Shown: positions 1 to 12,859 of the stretch, piece after piece
Numbering within the stretch: the first letter of the stretch is position 1
How the letters are laid out: the number at the start of each line of letters is the position of its first letter
Assembly: GCA_022843925.1 (NCBI GenBank)
Contig: JALHMS010000022.1
Coordinates: 19,083 to 83,082 of the forward strand
Direction of reading: 5' to 3'
DNA length: 64,000 bases
Source: Burkholderiales bacterium
Lineage (GTDB): Bacteria > Pseudomonadota > Gammaproteobacteria > Burkholderiales > Ga0077523
The notes under the pieces: model-generated
Told to the model about the DNA's origin: nothing
Seen by the model: the letters and a program-made list of their open reading frames with translations, nothing else
Database searches by the model: none
Position numbers and translations under genes: made by a program

Positions 1-75
1 GGCAGAGAGCAGGACGGTAGAGCCCGTAATGCGCGCTCTGGCCGTCTCGGCAGGTACGTAGCAGTTGCACCTGTT

Positions 76-120
76 CCATCAGCACCATCAGCACCATCAG
101 CACTGCCAGCACCACCAGTA
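76..120 (+). repeat. 9-bp tandem repeat (CCATCAGCA x3 plus 2 degenerate units) in the rpsA leader
   Basis: ccatcagca ccatcagca ccatcagca ctgccagca ccaccagta read directly; it explains the HQH run in the over-extended ORF translation. Confidence 0.8.
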
Positions 121-238
121 CCCAGTCGCCCCGGCTGATGGCGCGTCGATTCTGGATCGCGCGCGCAGTCTGAGGCGAATTTTTCAACCCTACCAGCCCG
201 GGCACACCAGCGTCCGGCCGCAGGAAACCAACCAACCC

Positions 239-1957
239 ATGACTACCGCCACCCAATCCCCCGTATCCACCATGGAAGACTTCGCCTCCCTCTTCGAGGA
301 GAGCCTGACGCATCAGGAAATGCGCGCCGGTGAAGTGATCACTGCCGAAGTCGTCCGAATCGACCAGAACCACGTGGTGGTGAACGCGGGCTTGAAGTCC
401 GAGAGCTTCATCCCGGTCGAGGAATTCCGCGGTGACCGCGGCGAACTGGAGGTGAAGGTCGGCGACTTCGTGTCGGTGGCGATCGAAGCTCTCGAAGACG
501 GTTATGGCGAGACCCGCCTCTCGCGCGACAAGGCGAAGCGCCTCGCCGCCTGGACCGCTCTCGAACAGGCGCTCGACGACGGCGTCCTGGTGCAGGGCCT
601 GATCACCGGCAAGGTGAAGGGCGGCCTCACCGTGATGATCAACGGCATCCGCGCCTTCCTCCCGGGGTCCCTCGTGGACACACGCCCGGTCAAGGACACC
701 TCCCCCTACGAAGGCAAACAGCTCGAGTTCAAGGTCATCAAGCTCGACCGCAAGCGCAACAACGTGGTCGTCTCCCGTCGCGCCGTCGTGGAAGCGACCC
801 AGGGCGAAGAGCGCCAGAAGCTCCTCGAGACGCTGCAGGAAGGCGCGGTCGTCAAGGGCATCGTCAAGAACATCACCGACTACGGCGCGTTCGTGGACCT
901 GGGCGGCATCGATGGCCTCCTCCACATCACCGATCTGGCCTGGCGTCGCGTGAAGCACCCGTCCGAAGTGCTGGCCGTGGGTGACGAAGTCGAGGCCAAG
1001 GTCCTCAAGTTCGACCAGGAGAAGAACCGCGTCTCCCTGGGCCTCAAGCAGCTCGGCGAAGATCCGTGGGTGGGCCTCGGTCGCCGCTACCCCACCGGAA
1101 CCCGCCTGTTCGGCAAGGTCACGAACCTCACCGACTACGGCGCGTTCGTCGAGATCGAGTCCGGCATCGAAGGTCTGGTGCACGTCTCCGAGATGGACTG
1201 GACCAACAAGAACGTCCATCCGTCCAAGGTCGTCCAGCATGGCGACGAAGTCGAGGTGATGATCCTCGAGATCGACGAGGACCGCCGCCGCATCTCGCTG
1301 GGCATGAAGCAGTGCATGTCCAACCCGTGGGAGGAGTTCGCCGCCAATTCCAAGAAGGGCGACAAGGTCCGCGGTCAGATCAAGTCCATCACCGACTTCG
1401 GTGTCTTCATCGGCCTGGCCGGTGGCATCGACGGTCTCGTCCACCTGTCCGATCTCTCCTGGAACGTCGCAGGAGAGGAGGCGGTGCGCAATTACAAGAA
1501 GGGAGAGGAGGTCGAGGCCGTGGTGCTCGGCATCGACGTCGAACGCGAGCGCATCTCGCTCGGCATCAAGCAGCTGGAAGGCGACCCGTTCAACAACTAC
1601 ATCGCCTCCCACGACAAGAACACCATCGTCGAAGGCACGGTGAAGACGATCGATCCGAAGGGCGCGGTGATCTCGCTGGAAGGCGAGGTGGAAGGTTATC
1701 TGCGCGCCTCGGAAGTCTCCCGCGATCGCGTCGAGGACATCCGTACGCATCTCAAGGAAGGCGACCGCCTCACGGCGATGGTCATCAACATCGATCGCAA
1801 GAACCGAACGATCAACCTGTCCATCAAGGCCAAGGACATGGCGGACGAATCGGAAGCGATGCAGAAGGTGGCTTCCGAAAGCCCGACCAATGCCGGTACG
1901 ACGAATCTCGGTGCGCTTCTGAAGGCGAAGCTCGACAACAAGAACGCCAACCCGTAA
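239..1957 (+). CDS. rpsA: 30S ribosomal protein S1
   Basis: Repeated S1 domains ([38 protein letters not shown]); start moved to ATG 239 (MTTATQ...[11 protein letters not shown]). Confidence 0.97.
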   Translation: MTTATQSPVSTMEDFASLFEESLTHQEMRAGEVITAEVVRIDQNHVVVNAGLKSESFIPVEEFRGDRGELEVKVGDFVSVAIEALEDGYGETRLSRDKAKRLAAWTALEQALDDGVLVQGLITGKVKGGLTVMINGIRAFLPGSLVDTRPVKDTSPYEGKQLEFKVIKLDRKRNNVVVSRRAVVEATQGEERQKLLETLQEGAVVKGIVKNITDYGAFVDLGGIDGLLHITDLAWRRVKHPSEVLAVGDEVEAKVLKFDQEKNRVSLGLKQLGEDPWVGLGRRYPTGTRLFGKVTNLTDYGAFVEIESGIEGLVHVSEMDWTNKNVHPSKVVQHGDEVEVMILEIDEDRRRISLGMKQCMSNPWEEFAANSKKGDKVRGQIKSITDFGVFIGLAGGIDGLVHLSDLSWNVAGEEAVRNYKKGEEVEAVVLGIDVERERISLGIKQLEGDPFNNYIASHDKNTIVEGTVKTIDPKGAVISLEGEVEGYLRASEVSRDRVEDIRTHLKEGDRLTAMVINIDRKNRTINLSIKAKDMADESEAMQKVASESPTNAGTTNLGALLKAKLDNKNANP

Positions 1958-1972
1958 GACCCGAAGGTTGTC

Positions 1973-2347
1973 ATGACCAAGTCCGAGCTGATTGCGAAGC
2001 TGGCGGCGCATTTCCCTCAGTTGGGAGCCGCCGATGCCGAGCTGGCCGTGAAGATGATCCTCGATGCGATGGCGAAGAGTCTGTCGCACGGGGAGCGCAT
2101 CGAGATCCGAGGATTTGGCAGCTTCGGACTGAACTATCGACCGCCGCGGGTCGGCAGGAATCCGAAGTCTGGAGAGAAGGTGCAGGTGCCGGCCAAGTAC
2201 GTGCCGCATTTCAAGGCCGGCAAGGAACTGCGGGAGAGGGTGGACCTCAAGCACGCGGAGGAGCAGGACACCCGGCAGTCCCAGCAGGGCGTCGTGGCAT
2301 CGGCAGCGCCGTCGGCGTTGCCGGCCTCCACGACTTCGGCTTCCTGA
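1973..2347 (+). CDS. ihfB: Integration host factor subunit beta, with low-complexity C-terminal tail
   Basis: MTKSELI...[10 protein letters not shown]...[10 protein letters not shown]...[12 protein letters not shown]; conserved position after rpsA. Confidence 0.96.
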   Translation: MTKSELIAKLAAHFPQLGAADAELAVKMILDAMAKSLSHGERIEIRGFGSFGLNYRPPRVGRNPKSGEKVQVPAKYVPHFKAGKELRERVDLKHAEEQDTRQSQQGVVASAAPSALPASTTSAS

Positions 2348-2405
2348 AGCAACGCCGGGCTCCGGCGCCGTTCGGGTCCAACCCAGTGCGGAACACCGAC
2401 ACCGG

Positions 2406-2690
2406 ATGCGTCCTTTTCCCCGGCTCCTGAAGGCGATCCTCTACGGCATCCTGTTTCTGGTGCTGCTCGGGTTCGCCGCGAAGAACACCGTTCCCGTCGT
2501 CGTGCGCTACTACCTCGGTGCCGAATGGCAGGCGCCGCTGGTGGTGGTGCTCCTCGTGACCTTCACGTTGGGCGCGGTGTCGGGCATCCTCGCGAGTCTC
2601 GGCTATCTCATGCGCATGCGTCGCGAACTGCTCAGGCTGCGCCGACGGATCGACGCGCCGGCTCCCACCACCGAAAGCGGAACCCCCTAG
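2406..2690 (+). CDS. lapA: Lipopolysaccharide assembly protein LapA-like membrane protein
   Basis: Two hydrophobic segments with FAAKN...YYLG...APL; ihfB-lapA-lapB synteny. Confidence 0.85.
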   Translation: MRPFPRLLKAILYGILFLVLLGFAAKNTVPVVVRYYLGAEWQAPLVVVLLVTFTLGAVSGILASLGYLMRMRRELLRLRRRIDAPAPTTESGTP

Positions 2691-2695
2691 ACCGG

Positions 2696-3871
2696 ATGGA
2701 ATTCGAAACCTGGTGGCTGCTCGCGCTGCCGCTGTTCTTCGGCCTGGGATGGGTCGCGGCGCGCATCGACATCAAGCAGCTCGTCAGCGAATCCCGCCGG
2801 TTGCCCAGTTCCTATTTTCGCGGGCTCAATTTCCTTCTGAACGAACAGCCCGACAAGGCCATCGAGGCCTTCATCGAGGTCGTGAAGGTCGAGAAGGAGA
2901 CCGTCGAACTCCACTTCGCGCTCGGCAGCCTGTTCCGCCGGCGCGGTGAACTGGAACGCGCGATCCGCATGCATCAGAACATCCTCGATCGCGAGGACAT
3001 CGCACCCGAACAGCGCCTCATGGCCGTCTTCGAGCTTGGCCAGGACTATCTGAAGGCCGGCCTGCTCGACCGCGCGGAGGAACTCTTCGCGAAGCTCGGC
3101 GGCACGAGCTACGAGCAGCGCGGTCTGAAGTACCTGCTCGAGATCTACGAGCAGGAGAAGGACTGGGAGAAGGCCATCCGCACCTCGCGGATGATGGACG
3201 CCATCACCGGCGAATCAAGCGCCAAGGACATCGCGCACTTCTATTGCGAACTGGCCACCGGGGAGCTCACCCACCAGCGCTACGACGCCGCGCTGGCGTA
3301 CGTGGAGGACGCGCTTGCCATGAATCGCAAGTGCACCCGGGCGAACATGATCCTCGGCGATCTCCACGTCGCCCGAGGCGACAGCGACGCCGCCATCGAG
3401 GCGTGGAAGCGGATCGAATCGCAGAATCCTGCGTACCTCTCGCTCCTGGCGGACCGACTGCTTGCCGCGCATCGCAAGGTCGGCCGGGAATCGCAGGGAA
3501 TCGCGCTGCTGCGTGGCTACCTCGAGCAGTATCCTTCGCTCGATCTGCTGAACGTCGTCTTCCAGGCCGTCCTGGAAACGGCAGGCACCGGGGACGCCCA
3601 GGCACTCCTGCGCGACGAACTTCGCCGCAATCCGACTCTCATCGGATTGTCGCGGCTCATCGAGGTCCAGCTGGCCGAGGCGCCGGTCGAACGCCGGCAT
3701 GATCTCGAGCTCACCCGGAATCTGATTCAGCAGCACTCCCGAGGTCTGTCGCTCTACAAGTGCGACACGTGCGGTTTCCGCGCCCGACAGTTCTACTGGC
3801 ATTGTCCGGCCTGTCACGGGTGGGAGACCTATCCGCCGCGCCGCGCCGAAGAGCGCGATCTCGCGGCCTGA
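2696..3871 (+). CDS. lapB: Lipopolysaccharide assembly protein LapB
   Basis: N-terminal [22 protein letters not shown] repeats, C-terminal CxxCGF...WHCPAC rubredoxin-like motif; start at ATG 2696. Confidence 0.95.
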   Translation: MEFETWWLLALPLFFGLGWVAARIDIKQLVSESRRLPSSYFRGLNFLLNEQPDKAIEAFIEVVKVEKETVELHFALGSLFRRRGELERAIRMHQNILDREDIAPEQRLMAVFELGQDYLKAGLLDRAEELFAKLGGTSYEQRGLKYLLEIYEQEKDWEKAIRTSRMMDAITGESSAKDIAHFYCELATGELTHQRYDAALAYVEDALAMNRKCTRANMILGDLHVARGDSDAAIEAWKRIESQNPAYLSLLADRLLAAHRKVGRESQGIALLRGYLEQYPSLDLLNVVFQAVLETAGTGDAQALLRDELRRNPTLIGLSRLIEVQLAEAPVERRHDLELTRNLIQQHSRGLSLYKCDTCGFRARQFYWHCPACHGWETYPPRRAEERDLAA

Positions 3872-3903
3872 CGCACTTTCCCTGTCGCAGCCAAGACGGA
3901 ACC

Positions 3904-4602
3904 ATGAACGATCCCAAGATCATCGTCGCGATGGACGTGGCTTCCGCCGACGACGCGCTTGCGTTGGCGGGCCGGCTTTCCCCTCTGGCCTGTCGCCTGA
4001 AGGTGGGGAAGGAACTCTTCGTGTCGGCAGGGCCCGGGCTCGTGTCGGCACTGCACGACCGCGGCTTCGGGGTCTTCCTGGACCTCAAGTTCCATGACAT
4101 TCCCAACACCGTCGCGCAGGCCTGCGCCGCGGCGGCACGCCTCGGCGTGTGGATGGTGAACGTGCACGCGCTCGGCGGGCGACGGATGCTCGAGGCGGCG
4201 AGGGATGCCGTCGAACGCGTTCCGAATCCGCCGCGCCTCATCGCCGTCACGATCCTGACCAGCCTCGGCACCGAAGACCTCGTCGACATCGGCCTCGTCG
4301 ATGCCGGTCCTGCCCAGGCGGCCCTGCGACTCGCGGCGCTGACGCAGTCGGCAGGCCTCGACGGCGTCGTCTGCTCGGCGCAGGAGGCCGCGGCACTTCG
4401 TGCACAGTGTGGCCCGGCATTCGATCTGGTGACGCCGGGCATCCGGCCGGCCGACAGCAGCGCGGACGACCAGAGCCGCATCATGACGCCGCGTGCGGCG
4501 ATGAACGCGGGGGCCTCCTACCTCGTCATCGGCCGCCCGATCACCAGGGCGGCGGATCCGGTGGCGGCCCTCGAACGGATCAACGTGGAGATTCGCCCAT
4601 GA
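3904..4602 (+). CDS. pyrF: Orotidine-5'-phosphate decarboxylase
   Basis: [13 protein letters not shown] and VTPGIRP motifs; start at ATG 3904. Confidence 0.96.
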   Translation: MNDPKIIVAMDVASADDALALAGRLSPLACRLKVGKELFVSAGPGLVSALHDRGFGVFLDLKFHDIPNTVAQACAAAARLGVWMVNVHALGGRRMLEAARDAVERVPNPPRLIAVTILTSLGTEDLVDIGLVDAGPAQAALRLAALTQSAGLDGVVCSAQEAAALRAQCGPAFDLVTPGIRPADSSADDQSRIMTPRAAMNAGASYLVIGRPITRAADPVAALERINVEIRP

Positions 4603-5570
4603 CCTCGACGACGGGAGCCCCGATGACCGTTCGGAGCGCGCTCGACAGCCTCCGCGCCGCGCGCGTGCTGGTGGTGGGAGACGTCATGCTCGATCGATAC
4701 TGGTTCGGCGAAGTGGAGCGGATCTCCCCCGAGGCGCCGGTACCCGTGGTGAAAGTGGCGCGGACCGAGGAGCGCCTCGGCGGCGCGGCCAACGTCGCCC
4801 GGAACGCTGCCGCGCTCGGTGCGCAAGTGGCGCTGCTCTCCGTCGTCGGCGACGACGAGGCGGCGCGCAGCATGGAGCGCCTGCTGGCCGAGGAGGGGAT
4901 CGATGCCTCCATGCAACGCGACCCGGCCGTGACCACCACGGTGAAGCTGCGCGTCATCGGTCGGCAGCAGCAACTGCTGCGCATCGACTTCGAGACGCCG
5001 CCGGGGCGCGAGGCGCTCGAGTCCAAGCTGGCGGAGTTCGAGCGTCGGCTGCCGCAATGCGATGTCGTGATCCTGTCCGACTACGGCAAGGGCGGCCTCA
5101 CGCACATCGCCCGGATGATCGACCTCGCGCGGGCGGCAGGCCGCATCGTCCTCGTCGATCCGAAGGGGGACGACTACGATCGCTATCGCGGTGCGACCTG
5201 CCTCACGCCCAACCGCTCCGAGTTTCGCCAGGTGGCCGGACGCTGGAGCAGCGAGGCGGAACTCGAGGCGAAGGCGCAGGCGCTGCGTGAGCGGCTGTCC
5301 CTCGATGCGCTGCTGGTCACCCGGAGCGAGGAAGGCATGTCGCTCTATCGACAGGGCAGCGCGCTGCACGCACCGACCGTCGCGCAGGAAGTGTTCGACG
5401 TGAGCGGTGCCGGCGACACCGTGATCTCGACGCTCGGCGTGATGCTCGCGGCGGGGCATGATTTCGGCGCGGCGATGCACTGGGCGAACGTCGCCGCAGG
5501 TATCGTCGTCGGCAAGCTCGGCACCGCGGTCGCGAGCCCCGCGGAACTTCTCGCCGCACTCGGTGGCTGA
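4599..5570 (+). CDS. rfaE1: D-glycero-beta-D-manno-heptose-7-phosphate kinase (RfaE1/HldA, stand-alone kinase domain)
   Basis: [37 protein letters not shown]; ATGA overlap with pyrF. Confidence 0.93.
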   Translation: MTSTTGAPMTVRSALDSLRAARVLVVGDVMLDRYWFGEVERISPEAPVPVVKVARTEERLGGAANVARNAAALGAQVALLSVVGDDEAARSMERLLAEEGIDASMQRDPAVTTTVKLRVIGRQQQLLRIDFETPPGREALESKLAEFERRLPQCDVVILSDYGKGGLTHIARMIDLARAAGRIVLVDPKGDDYDRYRGATCLTPNRSEFRQVAGRWSSEAELEAKAQALRERLSLDALLVTRSEEGMSLYRQGSALHAPTVAQEVFDVSGAGDTVISTLGVMLAAGHDFGAAMHWANVAAGIVVGKLGTAVASPAELLAALGG

Positions 5571-5597
5571 CGCCACCGCCATCGGAGAACACGACAC

Positions 5598-6593
5598 ATG
5601 ATCATCGTCACCGGCGCTGCTGGGTTCGTGGGCGCCAATCTCGTGAAAGGACTCAACGAGCGGGGTGTGACCGACATCCTTGCCGTGGACAACCTGACCC
5701 GCGCCGACAAGTTCCGGAATCTCGCCGACTGCGACATCGCGGACTACCAGGACAAGGAGGACTTCCTGGAAGCGCTCGTGGGCGGCGACTACGACGGCGA
5801 GGTCGAGATGGTGTTCCACAACGGCGCCTGCTCCGACACCATGGGCGGGGACGGCCGCTACATGATGGACAACAACTATCGCTATTCGCTGACCTTGCTC
5901 GATTGGTGCCAGGCCGAGGGCGTCCGCCTCGTGTACGCATCGTCAGCCGCGGTCTACGGTGCCGGCCCCGGGTTCCGCGAGGACCGCGCCTGCGAGGCGC
6001 CGCTCAACGTGTACGGCTACTCGAAGTTCCTCATGGATCAGGTGGTGCGCCGCCGCTGGTCCGACCTGCGCGGTCAGGTGGTGGGTCTGAGGTATTTCAA
6101 TGTGTACGGCCCGCGCGAAGCCCACAAGGGCCGGATGGCGTCGGTCGCGTTCCACTGCTTCAACCAGTTCCGGGCCGAGGGCCGCGTGAAGCTGTTCGAA
6201 GGCAGCGGCAGCTACGGTCCCGGTGAGCAGATGCGCGATTTCGTTTCGGTGGAGGACGTCGTCCGCGTGAATCTCTGGTTGATGGACCACCCCGACGTCT
6301 CGGGCATCTTCAACCTCGGCACCGGGCGGGCCCAGCCCTTCAACGACGTCGCCTGCGCCACCGTGAATGCCCTGCGGGCGGCCTCCGGCGAGCCGGCGTT
6401 GTCGCTCACAGATCTCCGTGGGCACGGTCTGCTCGAATACATCCCGTTCCACGATGGGCTGAAAGGCAAGTATCAGAGCTACACGCAGGCCGACCTCGGC
6501 CGGCTCCGCGCCGCTGGCTACGGCGCCCCTTTCCTCACCGTCGAGGAAGGTGTCGCGCGCTACGTCAACTGGCTGCTTGCCCACTCCGCCTGA
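5598..6593 (+). CDS. hldD: ADP-L-glycero-D-manno-heptose-6-epimerase
   Basis: [40 protein letters not shown]. Confidence 0.95.
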   Translation: MIIVTGAAGFVGANLVKGLNERGVTDILAVDNLTRADKFRNLADCDIADYQDKEDFLEALVGGDYDGEVEMVFHNGACSDTMGGDGRYMMDNNYRYSLTLLDWCQAEGVRLVYASSAAVYGAGPGFREDRACEAPLNVYGYSKFLMDQVVRRRWSDLRGQVVGLRYFNVYGPREAHKGRMASVAFHCFNQFRAEGRVKLFEGSGSYGPGEQMRDFVSVEDVVRVNLWLMDHPDVSGIFNLGTGRAQPFNDVACATVNALRAASGEPALSLTDLRGHGLLEYIPFHDGLKGKYQSYTQADLGRLRAAGYGAPFLTVEEGVARYVNWLLAHSA

Positions 6594-6603
6594 GGCTTAC
6601 ACC

Positions 6604-7497
6604 GTGATCAACTATCCCGTTCTCGACGACTTCGTCGGCAACACGCCGCTCGTCCGCTTCAAGCGCATGACCGGCCACGCGAGCAACGTCGTCCTCGGCA
6701 AGCTCGAAGGCAACAACCCGGCCGGGTCGGTAAAGGACAGGCCGGCACTCTCGATGATCCTCGGCGCCGAGGCGCGTGGCGAGATCAAGCCCGGCGACAC
6801 GCTCATCGAGCCCACCAGCGGCAACACCGGGATCGCCCTGGCGATGGTCGCTGCGATGCGTGGCTATCGCATGGTGCTGGTGATGCCGGAAGACCTGTCG
6901 GTGGAACGTCGCCAGACCATGGCCGCGTACGGCGCGTCGTTCGTGCTGACGCCCAAGGCCGGCGGCATGGAGTCCGCCCGTGACATCGCGCTCGAGATGC
7001 AGGCGCGCGGCGAAGGGCGGATCCTCGATCAGTTCGCCAACCCGGACAATCCCCTCGCCCACTATCGCGGCACGGCACCGGAGATCTGGCGCGACACCCA
7101 CGGAACGATCACCCACTTCGTCAGCAGCATGGGCACCACCGGCACCATCATGGGCTGCTCGCGCTTCTTCAAGCAGGTGAACCCTGCCATCCAGGTGATC
7201 GGATGCCAGCCCACCGACGGCTCCCGGATCCCCGGGATCCGCAAGTGGCCGGAAGCCTATCTGCCATCGATCTACGAGCGCGCACGCGTCGACGAGGTGA
7301 TGGAAGTGAGTCAGCAGGACGCCGAGGAGACCGCGCGCCGCATGGCCCGCGAGGAGGGCATCTTCTGCGGCATCTCGGCCGGCGGCGCGGCGTGGGTGGC
7401 GCTGGAACTCGCGAAGCGCCTGGAGAACGCCGTGATCGTCACGATCGTGTGCGATCGCGGCGATCGGTATCTGTCGACGGGCGTCTTCGGGGGGTAG
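6604..7497 (+). CDS. cysM: Cysteine synthase B
   Basis: KLEGNNPAGSVKDR PLP-lysine motif, CDRGDRYLSTG; GTG start at 6604. Confidence 0.95.
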   Translation: MINYPVLDDFVGNTPLVRFKRMTGHASNVVLGKLEGNNPAGSVKDRPALSMILGAEARGEIKPGDTLIEPTSGNTGIALAMVAAMRGYRMVLVMPEDLSVERRQTMAAYGASFVLTPKAGGMESARDIALEMQARGEGRILDQFANPDNPLAHYRGTAPEIWRDTHGTITHFVSSMGTTGTIMGCSRFFKQVNPAIQVIGCQPTDGSRIPGIRKWPEAYLPSIYERARVDEVMEVSQQDAEETARRMAREEGIFCGISAGGAAWVALELAKRLENAVIVTIVCDRGDRYLSTGVFGG

Positions 7498-7552
7498 GTA
7501 GACGCGTCGCATCGGAGGCCATCGTCGCCTGGCCTCCGATGTGCGATGCCGA

Positions 7553-9424
7553 TCAGCCGGCCGGCAGTGACCACTGCTCCGGGGAGCGCCACAAGGCCGC
7601 CAGCAGCAGTTCCCGGCGCAGTACGAACTCCTTGGGCAGCCGATCGTAGAGCTTGATGAACAACTCCTCGTGCAGCAGGAGTTCGCGCACCCAGTCCTCG
7701 CGATCCAGGCGCATCGCCTGACGGAAGCTGTTCCGCACCGACTGGTCGAGCCCGCCCCATTCGATCTGGCCTTCCGTGGGCATCCACCCCAGCGGACTCT
7801 CCACGGCGCCCGTGGTGCCTTCGCAGCGTTCGATGATCCACTGCAGGACGCGCATGTTGTCGCCGTAGCCGGGCCACAGGAACTTCCCGTTTTCGTCCTT
7901 ACGGAACCAGTTCACGCAGAAGATGCGCGGCGGGCCGGGGAGGCGCAGACCCGTCTCCAGCCAATGGTCGAAGTAGTCGCCGATGTGGTAGCCACAGAAG
8001 GGCAGCATCGCGAAAGGATCCCGGCGGACCTCCCCAACCTTGTGCGCCGCGGCGGCCGTGGTTTCCGAGCCCATCGTGGCAGCGAGGTACACGCCGTCGG
8101 TCCAGTTGAAGCTCTCCACGACGAGCGGCATCGTCGTCGTGCGGCGACCGCCGAAGATGAACGCCGAGATCGGCACGCCCTGCGTGTTCTCCCATTCGGG
8201 ATCGAGCGACGGGCACTGCGACGCAGGAGCGGTGAAGCGGGCGTTCGGATGGGCCGCCTTCCGACCGCAGTCGGGCGTCCATTCCTGCCCCTGCCAGTCG
8301 GTGAGCTTCGCCGGCGGGGTATCGGTCATTCCTTCCCACCAGACATCGCCTTCGGGGGTGAGCGCCACGTTGGTGAAGATGGAGTTGGCCTTCATCGTGG
8401 CCATCGCGTTCGGATTCGACTGATCGCTCGTGCCGGGCGCGACGCCGAAGAAACCGTACTCCGGGTTGATCGCGTAGAGGCGTCCGTCCGCGCCCGGTTT
8501 GATCCAGGCGATGTCGTCGCCGACCGTCGTCACCTTCCAGCCGGCGAAGACCGGGGGCGGAATCAGCATCGCGAAGTTGGTCTTGCCGCAGGCGCTGGGG
8601 AAGGCGGCCGCGACGTAGTGCTTCCTGCCGCCGGGAGACTGCACGCCGAGGATCAGCATGTGTTCTGCGAGCCAGCCCTGCTCGCGCCCCATGGTCGAGG
8701 CGATGCGCAGAGCGAAGCATTTCTTCCCGAGCAGCGCATTGCCGCCGTAGCCGCTGCCGAAGGACCAGATCGCGTTCTCTTCGGGGAAGTGGACGATGTA
8801 CTTGTCGTCCTTGTTGCACGGCCAGGGCACGTCCGCCTGACCCGGCGCCAGCGGCATCCCCACCGAATGCAGGCACGGGACGAAGTTGCCGTCCTCGCCG
8901 AGCGCCTCGACCGCGGCGCGCCCCATGCGGGTCATGATCTTCATGCTCACGGCGACGTAGGCGGAGTCCGTCAGTTCCACACCGATGTGCGATAGGGGCG
9001 AGCCCACCGGCCCCATGCTGAAGGGCACGACGTAAAGCGTTCGGCCGCGCATGCAACCGTCGAACAGCTTGCCGAGCTTCACCTTCATCTCGGCGGGCGC
9101 CATCCAGTTGTTGGTCGGTCCGGCGTCGTGTCGGTGGACTGAACAGATGAACGTGCGGTCCTCGACGCGCGCGACGTCCGACGGGTCCGAGAGCGCGAGG
9201 AAGCTGTTGGGCCGGAGCGTCGGGTTCAGGGGGCGGAAAGTGCCCGCCGAGACGAGTTCCTGGCAGAGGCGGTCGTACTCGGCGGTGCTGCCGTCGCACC
9301 AGACGATGCGTTCCGGACGGGTGAGGGCGGCGACCTGGGTCACCCACTGTTTCAACGCCGTGTGGCGGACCCACTCCGGCGCGTTGAGGGCCGTACTGGG
9401 TCCGGCGACGTTCTCGATCTTCAA
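7553..9424 (-). CDS. pckG: Phosphoenolpyruvate carboxykinase (GTP)
   Basis: [34 protein letters not shown]; GGAGG precedes the TTG start. Confidence 0.96.
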   Translation of the reverse strand: MKIENVAGPSTALNAPEWVRHTALKQWVTQVAALTRPERIVWCDGSTAEYDRLCQELVSAGTFRPLNPTLRPNSFLALSDPSDVARVEDRTFICSVHRHDAGPTNNWMAPAEMKVKLGKLFDGCMRGRTLYVVPFSMGPVGSPLSHIGVELTDSAYVAVSMKIMTRMGRAAVEALGEDGNFVPCLHSVGMPLAPGQADVPWPCNKDDKYIVHFPEENAIWSFGSGYGGNALLGKKCFALRIASTMGREQGWLAEHMLILGVQSPGGRKHYVAAAFPSACGKTNFAMLIPPPVFAGWKVTTVGDDIAWIKPGADGRLYAINPEYGFFGVAPGTSDQSNPNAMATMKANSIFTNVALTPEGDVWWEGMTDTPPAKLTDWQGQEWTPDCGRKAAHPNARFTAPASQCPSLDPEWENTQGVPISAFIFGGRRTTTMPLVVESFNWTDGVYLAATMGSETTAAAAHKVGEVRRDPFAMLPFCGYHIGDYFDHWLETGLRLPGPPRIFCVNWFRKDENGKFLWPGYGDNMRVLQWIIERCEGTTGAVESPLGWMPTEGQIEWGGLDQSVRNSFRQAMRLDREDWVRELLLHEELFIKLYDRLPKEFVLRRELLLAALWRSPEQWSLPAG

Positions 9425-9723
9425 TTTCTGCGACCTCCATGGTCATGCGGAGCCGTCAGGTGCCCCGGGGAGTCTCGGGATGCTACACCCCTGACGCCAG
9501 AATGGGCAGACGCGGCACGCGTTGTTGCGCCGCGTCTGCCTATAGCGGACGCAGCGGAGTCCCGCGCAACGCAAGGCATGTGCCCAAGCCGCCGCCAGGA
9601 CGGGTCGGAGCGCTAGAATCGCGGGCTTCGCCGGGACCTCGCATCGCCGGCCAGACCCGTTGTCAGCACAGCCGTCGCCCGACACACCCATCGGTGACCA
9701 CAAGGATGACCACCAGGATGACC

Positions 9724-10503
9724 ATGATCCCCGTTCTCGTCTTCGACATCGAAACCATTCCCGACGTGAACGGATTGCGCCGGCTCCACGGCCTCGGTCC
9801 CGACGTGCCCGACGCCGACGTGGCCGAACGTGCGTTTGCCGCACGGCGGGAGGCGACCGGATCCGATTTCCTGCAGCACCACCTGCATCGCGTGGTGACG
9901 ATCTCGTGCTCGCTGCGCGATCGGGACAGCTTCCGCGTCTGGTCGCTGTCCGAGCCCGAGGAGACCGAGGGGACCCTCATCCAGCGATTCTTCGACGGCC
10001 TGGAGCGCTACACGCCGCAACTGGTGTCGTGGAACGGCGGCGGTTTCGATCTCCCGGTGCTCCACTATCGCGGCCTGGTGAATGGCGTGACCGCCCGACG
10101 CTACTGGGACATGGGCGAGGACGACCGCGACTTCAAGTGGAACAACTACATCAGTCGCTACCACACCCGTCACCTCGACATGATGGATCTCCTGGCGATG
10201 TACCAGCCGCGCGCATCTGCGCCGCTGGACGCCATGGCGCAGCTGCTCGGCTATCCGGGCAAGCTCGGCATGGACGGGAGCAAGGTGTGGGAGGCCTATC
10301 AGGCGGGCCGGATCGGCGACATCCGCGACTACTGCGAGACCGATGTCGTCAACACGTACCTCGTCTACCTGCGCTTCCAGTTGCTGCGGGGCATGCTGGA
10401 CCGCGATGCGCACGATCGCGAGGTGGCGCTGGTGCGCGACGCTCTCGGCAAGCTGCCGGGAAAACACTGGGTCGAGTTTCTCGCGGCCTGGGGTGCGCCA
10501 TGA
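9724..10503 (+). CDS. Predicted 3'-5' exonuclease (DEDD, PolB-related)
   Basis: [30 protein letters not shown]; commonly sits upstream of rlmD; start could also be 9706 or 9718. Confidence 0.88.
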   Translation: MIPVLVFDIETIPDVNGLRRLHGLGPDVPDADVAERAFAARREATGSDFLQHHLHRVVTISCSLRDRDSFRVWSLSEPEETEGTLIQRFFDGLERYTPQLVSWNGGGFDLPVLHYRGLVNGVTARRYWDMGEDDRDFKWNNYISRYHTRHLDMMDLLAMYQPRASAPLDAMAQLLGYPGKLGMDGSKVWEAYQAGRIGDIRDYCETDVVNTYLVYLRFQLLRGMLDRDAHDREVALVRDALGKLPGKHWVEFLAAWGAP

Positions 10504-11816
10504 CCGCCGACGGTCGGCCGCGACGGCCGCTGAAGGTCGAATCCCTCGATCACGAGGGGAAGGGCGTCGCCCACGAGGACGGCAAGGTGGTCTTCATCGA
10601 AGGTGCCCTGCCGGGCGAGACTGCGCACATCCGCGTGACACGTTCGCGCACCGCCTTCGATGTGGCGGTGGCGGACCGCATCGAGCATCCGAGCAGCCAG
10701 CGCGTCACCCCGCAGTGTCCGCACTTCGGCGTGTGCGGCGGTTGCAGCCTGCAGCATCTGGATGCCCGCGCGCAGGTGGCCGCGAAGCAACGGGTGCTGG
10801 AGGACAACCTTGCGCGCATCGGCGCCGTGCGGCCCGAGATCATGCTCGCCGCCATCCACGGACCGACCTGGGGCTATCGCTATCGCGCCCGGCTCTCGGT
10901 GCGCGACGTACACAAGAAGGGCGGCGTGCTCGTCGGATTCCACGAGCGCAAGAGCAGCTACGTCGCCGACATGAGCGAGTGCCACGTCCTCCCGCGGCGC
11001 TGGTCCGATCGACTCCTCCCGCTACGTCGACTCGTCGAGGGACTGTCGATCCGCGACCGGATGCCGCAGATCGAGATCGCGTGCGGGGAGTCCGTCGACG
11101 TGATGGTGCTGCGCATCCTCGCGCCGCTGACGAAGGGCGACGAGACCCTGCTGCGTGCCTTTGCGGACCGCTGGCATGTGTGCATCTATCTCCAGTCGAA
11201 GGGGCCGGAGACCATCTGCCGTTTCCACCCGATGGACGCCCCGGAGCTCGACTACATCCTCCCGGAGTTCGACCTGCGATTCCCCTTCGGGCCCTCCGAG
11301 TTCACGCAGGTGAACCACGCCGTCAACCGCGTGCTGGTGAGTCGTGCGATCCGCCTGCTCGATCCTCAGCCGGGCGAGCGCGTGGCCGACATGTTCTGCG
11401 GCCTCGGCAACTTCTCGTTGCCGATCGCGCGTCGTGGGGCGAGGGTCGTCGGCTACGAGGGGAGCGAAGGCCTGGTGCGGCGCGCCCGCGAGACCTCGGC
11501 GCTGAACGGGCTGTCGGATTCGACGACCTTCGAAGCACGGGATCTCTTCACGATCACGCCGGAGCAGTTCGCGGCGCTCGGTCAGTTCGACAAGATGCTG
11601 ATCGACCCGCCGCGCGATGGCGCCATCGAACTCGTGAAGTCGGTGGGGGCGGCACCGCCGAACCGGATCGTCTACGTCTCGTGCGCGCCGGGCACGCTGG
11701 CGCGCGACGCGGGTGTGCTCGTGAACGTGCACGGCTACCGGCTGCGCGCGGCCGGGGTGGTGAACATGTTCCCGCACACCGCCCACGTGGAGTCGATCGC
11801 CGTCTTCGATCGCTGA
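10500..11816 (+). CDS. rlmD: 23S rRNA (uracil1939-C5)-methyltransferase
   Basis: TRAM domain, [10 protein letters not shown] Fe-S motif, [26 protein letters not shown]. Confidence 0.95.
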   Translation: MTADGRPRRPLKVESLDHEGKGVAHEDGKVVFIEGALPGETAHIRVTRSRTAFDVAVADRIEHPSSQRVTPQCPHFGVCGGCSLQHLDARAQVAAKQRVLEDNLARIGAVRPEIMLAAIHGPTWGYRYRARLSVRDVHKKGGVLVGFHERKSSYVADMSECHVLPRRWSDRLLPLRRLVEGLSIRDRMPQIEIACGESVDVMVLRILAPLTKGDETLLRAFADRWHVCIYLQSKGPETICRFHPMDAPELDYILPEFDLRFPFGPSEFTQVNHAVNRVLVSRAIRLLDPQPGERVADMFCGLGNFSLPIARRGARVVGYEGSEGLVRRARETSALNGLSDSTTFEARDLFTITPEQFAALGQFDKMLIDPPRDGAIELVKSVGAAPPNRIVYVSCAPGTLARDAGVLVNVHGYRLRAAGVVNMFPHTAHVESIAVFDR

Positions 11817-11823
11817 AAACGAA

Positions 11824-11849
11824 ACGGGCGATCCCGAAGGATCGCCCGT
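11824..11849. terminator. Intrinsic terminator hairpin between convergent rlmD and yccA
   Basis: acgggcgatcc-cgaa-ggatcgcccgt, perfect 11-bp stem; A-run on the left gives a U-tract on the minus strand. Confidence 0.8.
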
Positions 11850-11886
11850 GGCGACATCGACCACCCGCGTCGGCGGGTCAGGGTGG

Positions 11887-12573
11887 TCAGTCTCGCTCGC
11901 CGCCGAAGGCCATCAGCAGGTGGAGCAGGTTCGCGAAGATGTTGTAGAGGCTCATGTAAACACCCGTCGCGGCCATGATGTAGTTCGTCTCGCCGCCATT
12001 CACGATCCGGCTGACATCGTGCAGCAGGAACATCGAGAACACTCCGATGGCGAGCGCCGAGATCGTCAGCGACAGCGCGGGCAGTTGGAAGAACATGTTC
12101 GCAAGGCTCGCGACCAGCAGCACCACCATGCCGACCACCAGGAACTTGCCCATGAAGCTGAAGTCGCGCTTCGACGTCGTCGCGATCGCGCTCATGGCGA
12201 GCATGATGCCGCCAGTACCTGCCGCCGCGAGACCCACCAGCTGAGGGCCATTCCTGAGAGCCAGCGCGTAGTTGAGCATCGGGCCGAGCCACCAGCCCAG
12301 GATGAAAGTCATGCCCAACAGAAGCACGACGCCCAGGGCGCTATCGCGATTCGCGGCGATCGCGAACTGGATGCCGACCACGCCTGCGAGCATCACCAGA
12401 CTCGCGACGATCGGGTGCTCGAGCACGATCCCGCTGGTCTGCATCCCCACAAGGGCGCCGACCACCGTGGGGATCATCGTGAGCGCGATCAGCAGATAGG
12501 TATTCCGGAGTACCTTGTGCTGCGCGGCGCCCAGAGCGCGGGAGCCGCGCAGGACTTGAATCTCTGGTTGCAT
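11887..12573 (-). CDS. yccA: Bax inhibitor-1/YccA family membrane protein
   Basis: HKVLRNTY, about 7 TM segments, GGETNYIMA, YNIFANLL. Confidence 0.9.
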   Translation of the reverse strand: MQPEIQVLRGSRALGAAQHKVLRNTYLLIALTMIPTVVGALVGMQTSGIVLEHPIVASLVMLAGVVGIQFAIAANRDSALGVVLLLGMTFILGWWLGPMLNYALALRNGPQLVGLAAAGTGGIMLAMSAIATTSKRDFSFMGKFLVVGMVVLLVASLANMFFQLPALSLTISALAIGVFSMFLLHDVSRIVNGGETNYIMAATGVYMSLYNIFANLLHLLMAFGGERD

Positions 12574-12769
12574 CTGTATGTCCCTCCTAGGGATGAAACT
12601 ACCGCGCTAAGACTACGAGAAGCCCGGTTCGGTTTCAATCGCAACGCGCGGATTTTCCAGAGCCTCCGGTATCATTCGGCCCGGTCCGGCAAGCGAGGTG
12701 CCGGGCTGTTTGCGGTAGCCCCAGCACCCCACCTCGCGCGTCGCCTCAGGTGCTGCCCAGTTCGAATCA

Positions 12770-12859
<90 letters not shown>

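Noticed and set aside
65-238. His/Gln-rich N-terminal extension of RpsA
   Set aside because: Artefact of a TTG start reading through the 9-bp repeat; S1 homology starts after ATG 239
9694-9726. 12-bp repeat giving MTTRMTMI before the exonuclease
   Set aside because: Short local duplication that only makes the start codon ambiguous
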